The notes under the pieces: generated by a model
Seen by the model: only the letters and a program-made list of their open reading frames with translations
What the model was told of the DNA's origin: nothing
Databases searched by the model: none
Assembly (NCBI GenBank): GCA_008501825.1
Contig: QQUA01000023.1
Location: 397,994 to 461,993 of the forward strand
From: Planctomycetota bacterium
GTDB taxonomy: Bacteria > Planctomycetota > UBA1135
Direction of reading: 5' to 3'
DNA length: 64,000 nucleotides
In this document: one piece after another, positions 1 through 10,372 of the stretch
Layout of the letters: every line of letters starts with the position of its first letter
How positions within the stretch are numbered: position 1 is the stretch's first letter
Translations under genes and position numbers: made by a program

Positions 1-1
1 A

Positions 2-3000
2 TTCGACCAAGAAGCTGCCTTTGCTTGTTACGAAGAAATCCTGCAATCCTCTCCGGATAACCCGGCGGTCTTCCGGGAAGTCGCCGACGCTTACCAAAAG
101 CTGAATCTCAAGGACAAAGCGCTGCAATGCCTGCAACAGGCCGCTCGTTTGGCCCCGGAAGACGGTCAAACTTTTCTGGAGCTGGCTGAATTGCAGATGG
201 AATCGGGTGAGGTCGCCAAAGCTCGGACTTCCCTGGAAGCGGCTTTGCAATCGGATGAAGAACGAACTCGCGACAAAGCCCGCAAACGCTATTACGAATT
301 GCTACTTCGGGACGGGAGCGTGGAAGAAGAAATGGCTGTCCTTCGAGAACGGGTGGAGCGAAACCCCTATGACTTGGAAGCGCCTTTGACCTTGGCCGAT
401 CTTTACATCCGGGAATTGGAATATGAATTAGGTCTGGAAATGCTGGACCGGCTGCTTTCCTATCAACCGGAACAGCCGAAACTATTGGAAGAACGGGCCC
501 GGATATCTCTGGCCATGGAACGCTTTGACGAGGCGGTAAACACCTACGAACGTCTTTGGAAACTCCCCAAAGCCGACCAGCAGCATCTGGCTTTGCGAAT
601 TACGGAAGCCCACCTCTTGGAAGGAGATTTACAACGAGCCGATGAGGTGGCCAAAGGCATTGGAAACCGCAATCGACTGGCCCGGCTTTACAGCAAACAC
701 AAGTTATTTGATCGGGCCATTGCCGTTTTGGAGAGCGTCGCCCAGGGATCCCGCGTCAACCCCCGAACGCTTTCTCGTTTGGCCCGCATGAAGCAGGATC
801 AGGGTGACCTCGAGGGAGCGGTCGTGGCATTGGAGCAAGCCTTCGCCGCCCGGTCCAATGACTGGAGAACCGTGAAGGGTCTCGGCGATCTCTATTACGA
901 ATTGGGCCGCAAAGAAGACGTCCTGGCCATGGGCGAGCGACTTTTCGCTCTGATCCGAGAGCACGGCGCCCGAGAAGAAGAAGAGGAAGAAGACGACCAA
1001 GAAAACGACGTTTTCGCCAGTTTCCGCAGCTTCAACAGTTCCTGGGGTCGCTATCAGAACCGCTACCGTCAGGCGGTTTCGGAAATCCAACAATTCTTCA
1101 ATTCCAAGAACATGGAAAGAGAGTTCGGCGAAATCGGTGCCCGGGAGGCCTTGGCGCAACCGACCAATGAATCGCTCTATCAAGTCGTCCAAAGCCACCT
1201 GAATTACAACCTCAAAGACGTCGAACTGAGCCTGAGCTTCCTGGACGGAATTTGGAAAGCCACGGTAGAGCAAGGCCGGACGCCGCCTTCCTATACTCCA
1301 AGAAGTTGGCGGAACACTTTGGAAAGAGCCCGAGTTTCGGTATTTCGAGATAAGCCGAAACAAGGACGCCAAAGGGAACAGGAGTTGAGGGCGGAAATTG
1401 CCGCCGGCGCTTCGATCCAAAATTATCAGGAACTGTGCCAAGTTCTTGGATACCTTCGGAAGGACCAGGAAATTCTGGAAGCATTCCAAGAGGGTTTGGG
1501 GCGCTTTCCCGATTCCGTCCATCTGCTTGCCGGCTTAGCCAGCCATCTGCTGAGGGAAAAGCGTTACCAGGAAGCCTTGGAGCCTTTAAACCAATTGCTT
1601 CCGTTGTTGGAAAACCAGCCGGAAGAAGATGAAGAACAAGCCAGAAGCCGCCGTTTGCAGTACAAGCGAAGGCGCCAGGAACTGATTGCCGGCTTACCTT
1701 CATTCATGCAAAGGCAGGTCAAGGAGGGAGATCTTCAGCGTGCCTTTCAGTTGGAGTGGAGACGACCGTCCGCTCTGAGTTGGCAAATCGGCAGCCATCC
1801 GAAGCGGGAAGCGGCTCTTAAGAAACACGCTTCCTGCCTGCTTCGCCTGAAGCGAGCGGAAGAGGCAAAGCAAAGCCTGGCGGCCTTGCAACCCGAGAAG
1901 CAAGATGATCTACAAGCCTGGATTTCCCTTGGCAACCTGTACTTCCAAGAAGACTTGCTGGATGAAGCGGCCGAAGCTTATGAACAAGTACGGCAACTGG
2001 AAGACCAGCTGTACGCCGATCCTGTATTAGCTTGGTTTAGCAATTGGAAAGGCTCCATTTCAAAGCCGATGTCGAACCTGGCAAGGATTCGAGAGCGCCA
2101 AGATCGGTATTTGGAAGCCTTCGATTTACTGAGGAGTTATGGCAAGGCCGAGCCGGCGTGGTTGCTTCTGAGCTCTCAGGAGCTTTGGCAGCAATCTGAA
2201 GATCGTTATGGAAAGCGATTGATGGACGCAGAAGCGCAGTTGGCCGAACTTCAGGACTCAGCCAGCCCAGAGGCCCGCCGGCTTCGCCACCAGCTACGGG
2301 ATGCGGCCATCAAGCTGGCGGAAATCCATCAGATTCAAACTCATTGGGATCAAGCTTTAAGCACCTATCAAAGAATCCTTCCGGCCCTTTCCGAAGACTT
2401 CTCCATTCCGGAAGTAGTAGCCAAACTGCACCTGCGGGCCGGGCGCCCTGAAAAGGCAGTGGACACCTTGCTGGAAGTCATCGACCGCAAAAAAGAGCGG
2501 AACCGCAAGCCGCCCCGGGACCAACCGCCCCTCCCCAGAATGATTCAACCCAGCCCGCCCCCTCTACCGGACGGAGGCGCCAATGATTGGATTTGGTCCA
2601 ATCTTCGGGCAACGTGGTATCGGCCTCAGAGTCAAGGACGATTTCCGCTTAAGGAAAATTACGTAGATATCTTGCGCATTTACTTGGACGGCGGCCAAGC
2701 CTTCAAGGCCGCCGGATTCATGCGTAAATTGGCCCGGGAAGACATCACCACCTTTAGTTGGCTGAGCTGGACTATGGCCCAGGTGATCCAGAATTATGAA
2801 ATGGGCAAGGAGGCACTTCCGATTTTGAGAATGCTGCACAATTACAACCCGGATGACGCCGACGTGATCCTCGAGTACGGAAAGGCTCTTATCGAAGATG
2901 AACGATTTGAAGAGGCACAAAAGGTTCTGCTGCCTCTCTCTCTGCGAAGCCGAAACTGGTGGGGCGTCGAGGAAGCAGAAGATTTATTGCAAGTGGTGGA

Positions 3001-6000
3001 ACAGAAGCTAGGCTTGGACAACCAACTGAGCCTGGAGCAATTGCTGGCCAAGGTTGAGGAAGATCCCAAAAATGTCCGAAACCGAATCAAGCTGGCCAAT
3101 GCCTACATCAAGAAGGATGATTTCACTGCCGCCAGGGAAGAAGCGGAACAAGCCCGCAAGCTTGCCCCCCACCAAAGCAAAGTCAAAGATCTCTATGAAC
3201 GCTGCCTGAAAGCGACGGGAGACCTCCCAGCGCTGGAAAATTTTCTGAAAGAGAAACTCAAGGGAGCCAAAGGGGAAGAAGAGCGCTTCCAGCTCGGTAT
3301 CCAACTCGCCCGCTTGGCCAGCGCACAATCCAAACAAGAAGAAGCCTGGCAAAGCATCCGAAAAGCCGCCGAGCAAAGCAAACGCTATTCCGCCGTCGGT
3401 TGGTTGATGGAGCAAAACCGCATTGAAGAAGCCCACCGGCTGGCCAAGCAAGAATTTGAAGAGTTCCGAGGAGCCGACCAGCGCCGCATGGAATTGCGCA
3501 ATCGGCTAAGACAAATCGAGCTACTCCGCGGCAATCTGAAGGAAGCCCTTGATTTGGCTTACGAGAGTTTTGATTCGACCTCCAGCTTTGGAGGAAAAGC
3601 CGGGGCTTTTCAAGAGTTGGTCACCACCCTGGAAACCCACCCGAATCCAGCGGTTCAACAGGCCGAGGTAATGCAAGCAGCCCAACTAAGTGGAGGCCTG
3701 CAAGGAGCGCTGTATCGGGCCGCTTTCTACCAAGCTTGCCGGCGATGGGCGGAGCAGGAAGAAGCGCTGCAGGAAGCCCTCAGCTTCGATGAGGATGCCT
3801 TGTTCATCTATCCCCTGCTGCTGAATGCCGCCAGAGAACGGCAGGATGCAGACGCCGCCTTAGCCTATATGGAAGATTTGGAACGGATCAATCCGGGCTC
3901 GGAATCTCAAACCGTCCGCACTACCGCCGGCCAAATTTCGGAGCGGGATACTTTCCGAGCCGAAAAAGGTTCTCTCTTGTTCCAACTCGACCAGCGGGAA
4001 CTGGCATTGGAAGTTTGGCAAGAGATCTACGATCCGGCCAATTCGGAAACTCGCAAGGCTTTGCGTCAGATTTATCAAGACCATCGCCTGTATGACCAAG
4101 CTCTGGCCATGCACTTGGAGTATCTGAACAAAGAAGGAGAAAGAAACGTGACCGATCTCCTTACTCTTTCCGAACTGTATTTCAAAACCGGGCAGGATGA
4201 TTTGGGCTTTCAGGCCTTGGAAAGAGCTCGTTTGCTCGCCCATGGCAAAGAAGGGGACAGCAATCGAGTCCGAAATCAACTGCAAAAAGTCCACCGGGAG
4301 AGGAATCGGTTGGAGGAGTATTACCAAGCTCTGGCGGATCGCTCTCAACAGGACCCCGACGATGTAGAAATCCTCCGGGAAATGGCCAACCTGGCGGCGG
4401 AACTCAAGCGACCAGAAGAAGCTATCGCCGCCTTGGAGAAGATCGGAGAAAAACCCTCCATGCAGGCTTCGATTCAGTCGGAGCTGGCGGAACATTACCA
4501 GCGGATGGGAGACTATCCGAAAGCCCTGCGGGCCTTGGAACTTGCCTGGGAAGGCAATCTCGACGACTGGGACCGAAATTCCATGAGTCGCACCATTGCC
4601 CGCCTACACCTTCGTTTGGGAGACCCGGACAAGGCCCTGGAAGCCTGGCTTCGAGGCAAAGCGCAGCCGGATGGTCGGGAAGCCCAAATGGAAATGATGA
4701 ATCACTGCTTGGAGCTGGAACGGTATGAAGAAGCCATGCAGTACGCCAAAAAAGCCGAACAATTGGAGCCGGACAACCCGACCGTACTTCGGGAAATCGG
4801 CGACATGCTGCGGGAAAAGGGGGATTTGGAACAAGCTCTGGTTTACTACTTCCGAGCTTTATCCTCGCCGAAACAATCCAATTTTGAAACCTATCGGAAG
4901 GAAGCCGTGTTGCACTGTGAAAGCGCCTTAAGCCAAACCAAGATCCAAGAAGCCGTTTTCTCGGCGGCCAAAAACGGCGAGGCCCTGCTGTGGCAAGCTG
5001 CTCTCTCCTTTTACAATCGAGAATGGGCGGCGGCGGAACAATCGGCTCAATCCTATTTGGAAACCAACCCCGATAACGCCGTGGCCTGGGACTTGCTTCA
5101 GAAAAGTCTCATGCAGCAAAATAAAGGTGAAGCCGCCTTTGAAATCTACCGGGAATTCCTCGGCGTCTTGGATTTAGGAGTGGCTCGAGATTATTTCTCG
5201 GATTGGCAAGTTCGCAACTCGGTGGATGGCTATGGCGACCTGGCGGCCAAACTGGAACGCTGGGAAGAAGCCGGGCAAATTTGGCGTTCCGGCTTTCCCA
5301 TGCTGAATCAAGAAGTCCGACCGTGGTATTACTACTCCAACAACCTCTTTCCATACTACCCCTTCGGTAGGAATGAGGTAGATAAATGGCTTCAACGGGA
5401 CCGTCTCCAGGAAGCCTTGGACGCCCTGGAATTCTCAGTTTACCGAGGTGGAAACTCGGTCGCCTTGCAGTCTCGATATGCCTCGATCTTGGGAGAAATG
5501 GGACGAACCCAAGAAGCGGAAGAACTGCTTTGGCTAGTTTTGAAGAAACAGCTTTCCAATGGAATTCCCCAACGCAACTGGTGGCGCGATCCCTTCGATC
5601 GGGAAAAGAACCCAAGTTTCAGCCGCTTCTCCGACAATCCCATGGAGGCGATGCTGCTTCTATTCCAAAAGAGCCAAGACCTTTCAAGATTGGAATCGGA
5701 AATTCAGCAAGAATTCGCTGGAGAGAAATACTTTTATCATCGTAATTACGCTCTCTGCAGCCTCTACTACTACCAAGATCGTGGACAAGATGCCGTCCCC
5801 ATCTTAAAAGCGCTTCAAGCCCGAGATCCGGAAGCGGAAGCTTTCCCCAAGGAGCTGGCGGAAATCCATCTGAGCCAGGGCAACCACCAGGAGGCTCTGA
5901 ATGCTTTGCAATACGTTCGCCTGCTTGAAGAATCTGGCACGGGAGTAACCGGCGTTCAAAACCAACCGACCGCCATTCAGCGAAACACTATCAACTTCCA

Positions 6001-6775
6001 GTGGTCCGGGAATCTCCGGTCTTTCTCCTCGCGGCGGAGGTTCTACTACGGGAACTACCGCTATCGCCAACAAATCGCCAGCAAGCCCATGCAAGTCGCC
6101 TTGCTTTGGTCTCTCGGACGGGAAACCGAAGCCGCCACATTGGAACGGGAGTATTTCCTCGAATCCTCCTTGACCAGTTCCTACCCTTACACTCAATTGG
6201 CGAAATTGTTCTTGCGATTGGATTTGCCCGATCACGGCCTCCGGGTTCTGGAACTTGGCATGCAGCGGCTTTCCAACCGCCACCAAGGCGAGCTTTTGAA
6301 TTGGATCATCCGCAGTCACCATCGAGGCGGTTCCGAAGAAGCCCGCAACGCCGCTTGGCAACAACGATTGCAGCAGCGGCAACAAGCCGCCAAGGGCCTG
6401 ACCAGACCGTCATGGCGCCTAAGCGACGCCCGTCTTCGCATGGAATTGGACTGGGAGTTGGAACAAGCTCTGGCTGACTTGCAAAGCTACTGCGAGGAGT
6501 TCCCAACTCAGTCCTCCGCCCGGTTCAGCCTGGCCGCCCTCTTGCTTCGATTGCAGAAGCCGGAAGAAGCCCTTCAGGCTTGGCGGCAAGCCGACGAAAC
6601 CCGGAGAGAGGATTCGCAAGGCCGGCCCGGGGCGACGGAACTTTTCACCTTAGGCCTTTGCCTGCAAGCGCTTGGCCGCAATCAAGAGGCCATACCGACG
6701 TTGCAGGAGGCCTTGCGCCTGGCTCCCTTCGACTCTCAAGCCGGGGCAGCCCGAAAAGCCCTGGAAGGTCTGTAA
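2..6775 (+). CDS. Giant TPR-repeat protein, N-terminus outside window (>=2257 aa)
   Basis: The ORF-track ORF 149..6775 starts at an internal TTG. The same frame stays open to nt 2 (FDQEAAFACYEEILQSSPDNPAVFREVADAYQKLNLKDKALQCLQQAARLAPEDG...). The sequence is dominated by TPR-like helical repeats (e.g. LGNLYFQEDLLDEAAEAYEQV, LANAYIKKDDFTAAREEAEQARKLAP). Its position upstream of MoxR/DUF58/VWA genes parallels BatC/BatE-type TPR proteins. Confidence 0.8.
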   Translation, partial: FDQEAAFACYEEILQSSPDNPAVFREVADAYQKLNLKDKALQCLQQAARLAPEDGQTFLELAELQMESGEVAKARTSLEAALQSDEERTRDKARKRYYELLLRDGSVEEEMAVLRERVERNPYDLEAPLTLADLYIRELEYELGLEMLDRLLSYQPEQPKLLEERARISLAMERFDEAVNTYERLWKLPKADQQHLALRITEAHLLEGDLQRADEVAKGIGNRNRLARLYSKHKLFDRAIAVLESVAQGSRVNPRTLSRLARMKQDQGDLEGAVVALEQAFAARSNDWRTVKGLGDLYYELGRKEDVLAMGERLFALIREHGAREEEEEEDDQENDVFASFRSFNSSWGRYQNRYRQAVSEIQQFFNSKNMEREFGEIGAREALAQPTNESLYQVVQSHLNYNLKDVELSLSFLDGIWKATVEQGRTPPSYTPRSWRNTLERARVSVFRDKPKQGRQREQELRAEIAAGASIQNYQELCQVLGYLRKDQEILEAFQEGLGRFPDSVHLLAGLASHLLREKRYQEALEPLNQLLPLLENQPEEDEEQARSRRLQYKRRRQELIAGLPSFMQRQVKEGDLQRAFQLEWRRPSALSWQIGSHPKREAALKKHASCLLRLKRAEEAKQSLAALQPEKQDDLQAWISLGNLYFQEDLLDEAAEAYEQVRQLEDQLYADPVLAWFSNWKGSISKPMSNLARIRERQDRYLEAFDLLRSYGKAEPAWLLLSSQELWQQSEDRYGKRLMDAEAQLAELQDSASPEARRLRHQLRDAAIKLAEIHQIQTHWDQALSTYQRILPALSEDFSIPEVVAKLHLRAGRPEKAVDTLLEVIDRKKERNRKPPRDQPPLPRMIQPSPPPLPDGGANDWIWSNLRATWYRPQSQGRFPLKENYVDILRIYLDGGQAFKAAGFMRKLAREDITTFSWLSWTMAQVIQNYEMGKEALPILRMLHNYNPDDADVILEYGKALIEDERFEEAQKVLLPLSLRSRNWWGVEEAEDLLQVVEQKLGLDNQLSLEQLLAKVEEDPKNVRNRIKLANAYIKKDDFTAAREEAEQARKLAPHQSKVKDLYERCLKATGDLPALENFLKEKLKGAKGEEERFQLGIQLARLASAQSKQEEAWQSIRKAAEQSKRYSAVGWLMEQNRIEEAHRLAKQEFEEFRGADQRRMELRNRLRQIELLRGNLKEALDLAYESFDSTSSFGGKAGAFQELVTTLETHPNPAVQQAEVMQAAQLSGGLQGALYRAAFYQACRRWAEQEEALQEALSFDEDALFIYPLLLNAARERQDADAALAYMEDLERINPGSESQTVRTTAGQISERDTFRAEKGSLLFQLDQRELALEVWQEIYDPANSETRKALRQIYQDHRLYDQALAMHLEYLNKEGERNVTDLLTLSELYFKTGQDDLGFQALERARLLAHGKEGDSNRVRNQLQKVHRERNRLEEYYQALADRSQQDPDDVEILREMANLAAELKRPEEAIAALEKIGEKPSMQASIQSELAEHYQRMGDYPKALRALELAWEGNLDDWDRNSMSRTIARLHLRLGDPDKALEAWLRGKAQPDGREAQMEMMNHCLELERYEEAMQYAKKAEQLEPDNPTVLREIGDMLREKGDLEQALVYYFRALSSPKQSNFETYRKEAVLHCESALSQTKIQEAVFSAAKNGEALLWQAALSFYNREWAAAEQSAQSYLETNPDNAVAWDLLQKSLMQQNKGEAAFEIYREFLGVLDLGVARDYFSDWQVRNSVDGYGDLAAKLERWEEAGQIWRSGFPMLNQEVRPWYYYSNNLFPYYPFGRNEVDKWLQRDRLQEALDALEFSVYRGGNSVALQSRYASILGEMGRTQEAEELLWLVLKKQLSNGIPQRNWWRDPFDREKNPSFSRFSDNPMEAMLLLFQKSQDLSRLESEIQQEFAGEKYFYHRNYALCSLYYYQDRGQDAVPILKALQARDPEAEAFPKELAEIHLSQGNHQEALNALQYVRLLEESGTGVTGVQNQPTAIQRNTINFQWSGNLRSFSSRRRFYYGNYRYRQQIASKPMQVALLWSLGRETEAATLEREYFLESSLTSSYPYTQLAKLFLRLDLPDHGLRVLELGMQRLSNRHQGELLNWIIRSHHRGGSEEARNAAWQQRLQQRQQAAKGLTRPSWRLSDARLRMELDWELEQALADLQSYCEEFPTQSSARFSLAALLLRLQKPEEALQAWRQADETRREDSQGRPGATELFTLGLCLQALGRNQEAIPTLQEALRLAPFDSQAGAARKALEGL

Positions 6776-6859
6776 AACCATCCCTAGCCACCTCACCCAA
6801 GACCTTTGGAAATCTCGTCCTATAATGGCCGAGGATCTTTTCCAAGCCCTCCAAAAAGC

Positions 6860-8308
6860 ATGAGCGACCCTGCCCATCAAGACCTCCTGTTCGGAGTCCG
6901 ACGACTGCGAAACCGCTACCGCCGCGTAGTGCTCCTACGGTATTTGGTGCAAGCCTCCTTTTATGGTTTGCTGGTCACCGCCGCCGCCTTGGTCCTGTTC
7001 CCGGCGATCGAGCCCTGGCGCCTGGCCTTGGCCGTACTTTTGGCCGTGGCTGTGACTGCAGCGGCTTTGGGCTGGAAACACCGCCGGTCATTCACCCATC
7101 TGGCCAAAGATTTTGACAACCACGCCGGCTGGAAAGATCGATTCAGCAGCTCGGTCGACCTCATGCAGTCCTCGGATCCGGTGGCCCGCCATTTGGTTCA
7201 GCAAACCGCTACCGCCGCCCGGGATCTAAGTACGGAGAAGCTTTACCCCTATCGAGTGCCCCGGGAGGGTTGGCTGATGCCCTTGCCGGTTCTTCTGGTC
7301 GCCGCGGTGTTGTTTCTCCCCGGCATGCTTCATGGAGAGGCCCCGCCCAATCCTGAATTGGAAAGCACCCTGGCCAGTCAGATTCAACGGGTAGAAGACC
7401 TGCTAAGCCGGGAACGGGAGGAAGTCCCGACCGAGAATCGGAAGGAAGTCCTTCAGCAACTGGAAGAATTGAAAAAGGAGCTTTCTCGGGATCCAATCGA
7501 CAAAAAGGACGCAATGGCCGAGATTTCCAAGCTTATGGAGGAAATCCGAAAAAGCCAGGAGGAGAACGAGGAGCAAAAAGCCAAGCTGGAAGAGATGCTC
7601 CGCAATTTCAAGTCCAACGACCGCAACCAAAAGCTAAGCGAAGCGATGCAAGCCGGCCAATATGCCGACGCCGCCAACCGCATCGACGAGTTATTGGAAG
7701 AGATGAGGGACGAGCTCAGGAAACTGAAAAAGAAGGGAGCCGATCCCGAGAAGTTGAAGGAATTGGAGGAACAAATCCGGGAGCTGGAGAATTTGAAAGC
7801 GCAGCTCCTCAAACTCCTCAACGTCCGCTATGACTTGCAATTTGCCGGTGAGATCCTGGACGTCCTCAGCGAATGCGAAGGCGAGCTAGGCGGCCTTCCT
7901 GACGATGACATCGAAGACGTCTGGTTTGTCCGGCTGGGTAAATGCCAAGGCCAGTGTGAAAGCGACAAAATCCTCCGTTTGCACCAAAAGCTGATCTCCC
8001 CGGAATCCAAAAAGGCCGGAAAGGCCACCATGGCCAAATTCTTGGCTGACGACCCGACCAGAAGCGACGGCAGCCACGAAGAGGTCAAAGTGCGTGTCCG
8101 CGAGGGCAAAGGCAGGAGCAGCTTCACCCAAACTCAAGTCTCCAACGACGGCAGCCAGTCCCAATTGGAGGCCAAGGAAGTTCTCGCCGCCGAAAGGCGG
8201 GCCGCCCAAGACACCATCGAACGGCAGGACGTCCCGGCCAGCTACCGGGAGTACATTCGCAAATACTTTGAAGGGATTCAGCCTGAAGCGACGTCCCAAC
8301 AGAAATAA
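6860..8308 (+). CDS. Membrane-anchored coiled-coil protein, function unknown
   Basis: ATG at 6860 (MSDPAHQDLL...) is preferred over the TTG at 6806. Hydrophobic segments are present (VVLLRYLVQASFYGLLVTAAALVLF, LALAVLLAVAVTAAALGW, LMPLPVLLVAAVLFLPGML), followed by a long K/E-rich coiled-coil region. No catalytic motif was recognised. Confidence 0.55.
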   Translation: MSDPAHQDLLFGVRRLRNRYRRVVLLRYLVQASFYGLLVTAAALVLFPAIEPWRLALAVLLAVAVTAAALGWKHRRSFTHLAKDFDNHAGWKDRFSSSVDLMQSSDPVARHLVQQTATAARDLSTEKLYPYRVPREGWLMPLPVLLVAAVLFLPGMLHGEAPPNPELESTLASQIQRVEDLLSREREEVPTENRKEVLQQLEELKKELSRDPIDKKDAMAEISKLMEEIRKSQEENEEQKAKLEEMLRNFKSNDRNQKLSEAMQAGQYADAANRIDELLEEMRDELRKLKKKGADPEKLKELEEQIRELENLKAQLLKLLNVRYDLQFAGEILDVLSECEGELGGLPDDDIEDVWFVRLGKCQGQCESDKILRLHQKLISPESKKAGKATMAKFLADDPTRSDGSHEEVKVRVREGKGRSSFTQTQVSNDGSQSQLEAKEVLAAERRAAQDTIERQDVPASYREYIRKYFEGIQPEATSQQK

Positions 8309-8433
8309 GCCGAAACCGAGCGATTCCGCTCCATTAAAAATGCCGTCGGTTCGGCGAGACCCCCTCTCGCCGAAGCCAATTTCGGGCCGGCCGACGGCCG
8401 GTCGCCCCCCGCCTTCCGTTTCTCGCCACCGCC

Positions 8434-9453
8434 ATGACCCCCGAACCCAAAGAACTTGAGGCCCGCGTTCAGGCCTTTCACGACAACTTCGTAGCCATTC
8501 GCGAGGAAATCAATAAGGAAGTCGTTGGCTATTCCGACATCATCGAAAAAGTCCTGGTTTGTCTATTTGCCAACGGCCACGTTCTTTTGGAAGGCGTTCC
8601 CGGCCTCGGAAAGACTTTGTTGGTCCGCACATTGGCTCGCACCCTGCATCTGGATTTTTCCAGAATCCAGTTCACTCCGGACATCATGCCGGCCGATATC
8701 GTCGGAACCCAAATCATGGTTCTAGGCGAAGACGGGGCCAAGGAGTTTCGCTTCCAGCAGGGACCGGTATTTGCCAATATCCTGCTGGCCGATGAGATCA
8801 ACCGAGCTACGCCGAAAACTCAGTCGGCTCTATTGGAAGCGATGCAGGAGCACTCGGTCACCATAGGCGGGACCACTCACCGTTTGGATGAGCCCTTTTT
8901 CGTTCTTGGCACTCAAAACCCGATTGAGATGGAGGGGACTTATCCCCTACCAGAAGCCCAATTGGATCGCTTCTTCTTCAAATTGATGGTTACATACCTC
9001 GGCGAAGAAGATTTACTCAGCATCATCGACCGAACCACGAGCACCGCGGAAGCGGTTCTCCAAGCCACGATTGGGCCGGAAGATATTGCTTGGATGCGTT
9101 CCCTGGTTCGCGAAGTGGCGGTCGCCGAGCACGTCAAGCGCTACGCAGTTCGTTTGGTCCTGGCCACCCACCCGGACAGCGAGGTCGCTACGCCGGAAGT
9201 TCGGCGATACGTGAAGTTCGGCGCCAGTCCGCGGGGCATTCAAACCATGATTCTCGGCGGTAAGGTCCAAGCCTTGATCGACGGTCGTTACCACCTCTCC
9301 TGCGAGGACTTGAAAGAAGTCATCAAGCCGGCTCTCCGTCACCGAATCATCCTCAACTTCGAAGGCGAAGCGGAAGATAAAACCACTGACGAAATCCTGG
9401 ATTCCGTACTGAGCGCCGTCCCGGAGCTGAAAGCCGCCACTTCCGTCGCCTGA
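8434..9453 (+). CDS. moxR: MoxR-family AAA+ ATPase
   Basis: Walker A GVPGLGKT and Walker B LLADEINRA. The N-terminus is typical of MoxR (VVGYSDIIEKVLVCLFANGHVLLEGVPG). It is followed by DUF58 and VWA genes, as in MoxR-VWA operons. Confidence 0.9.
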   Translation: MTPEPKELEARVQAFHDNFVAIREEINKEVVGYSDIIEKVLVCLFANGHVLLEGVPGLGKTLLVRTLARTLHLDFSRIQFTPDIMPADIVGTQIMVLGEDGAKEFRFQQGPVFANILLADEINRATPKTQSALLEAMQEHSVTIGGTTHRLDEPFFVLGTQNPIEMEGTYPLPEAQLDRFFFKLMVTYLGEEDLLSIIDRTTSTAEAVLQATIGPEDIAWMRSLVREVAVAEHVKRYAVRLVLATHPDSEVATPEVRRYVKFGASPRGIQTMILGGKVQALIDGRYHLSCEDLKEVIKPALRHRIILNFEGEAEDKTTDEILDSVLSAVPELKAATSVA

Positions 9454-9463
9454 GGTAAACCCC

Positions 9464-10372
9464 ATGGCCGAGGTCCAATCGCAAATCCGCGAGGAATTGC
9501 TCCAATTCGACAGCGAATTCCTCCGGCGCCTCGAGTATTTGAACGTGGTCGCCCGAAAGATCTTCGCCGGGTTGATTCGAGCCGATCGCCAAAGCATCAA
9601 ACGGGGAACCAGCGCTGAATTCGCCGATCATAGACCTTATGTGCCGGGTGATGATTTCAGGCACGTGGATTGGCACCTTTTTGGCCGCCTGGAAGAACTG
9701 TTTCTGAAGCTATATCGAGAAGAAGAAAATCTGCACATGACTATATTGTTGGATTGCAGCCAGTCCATGGACTTCGGCCGCACTCACAAGCTGAGCTACG
9801 CCTTACAAGTTACCGCCGCACTTGCTTATATCGGCATGGCCAACATGGACAGCGTCAACGTCCTGCCGTTTCAAGAACGACTTCAGGAGGGGCTGTGGAA
9901 CTTAAAGGGGCGAGGGAAGATCTTTCCCTTGTTCGAATTCTTGAAGGAATTGAACGGTGGCGGAGAAACCTCCTTTCCGACCTCCTTCCGCGAATTTATC
10001 AGTCGCGAGCGGCGAAGGGGAATCGTGGTGGTCATCAGTGATTTTTATGACCGCCAAGGCTTCCAACCCGGCTTGAAGTTCCTGCGCTTTCCGCGTCACG
10101 ACATATACGTCATACACGTGGTCGATCGATTGGAAATGGAACCGGATCTGCGCGGAGAACTGCGGCTGGTCGACTCGGAAAATCAGGAGCACCAGGAAAT
10201 CACCATCACCGACGGCATGTTGCGCCGGTACAAGGAGGCCTTTGGACAATTGACCGAGGAAGTCGAAGCCTTTTGCATCCGAAATGAAATGGGATACGTC
10301 AAGGCTCTCACCGAGATCCCCTTTGATCAATTGGTCTTGAAGATCCTGCGCCGGGGAGGCTTGGTCGGATGA
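9464..10372 (+). CDS. DUF58-family protein (VWA-like), MoxR partner
   Basis: Carries the DHRPYVPGDDFRHVDW motif typical of DUF58, followed by ILLDCSQSM. It starts 10 nt after the moxR stop and has an ATGA overlap with the next gene at 10369. Confidence 0.85.
   Translation: MAEVQSQIREELLQFDSEFLRRLEYLNVVARKIFAGLIRADRQSIKRGTSAEFADHRPYVPGDDFRHVDWHLFGRLEELFLKLYREEENLHMTILLDCSQSMDFGRTHKLSYALQVTAALAYIGMANMDSVNVLPFQERLQEGLWNLKGRGKIFPLFEFLKELNGGGETSFPTSFREFISRERRRGIVVVISDFYDRQGFQPGLKFLRFPRHDIYVIHVVDRLEMEPDLRGELRLVDSENQEHQEITITDGMLRRYKEAFGQLTEEVEAFCIRNEMGYVKALTEIPFDQLVLKILRRGGLVG

Noticed and set aside
8350-8374. 10-bp perfect hairpin TTCGGCGAGA-CCCCC-TCTCGCCGAA between the coiled-coil gene and moxR
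   Set aside because: No T-tract follows, so it is not called a terminator. It may be an mRNA-stability or attenuation element, but there is no further evidence.
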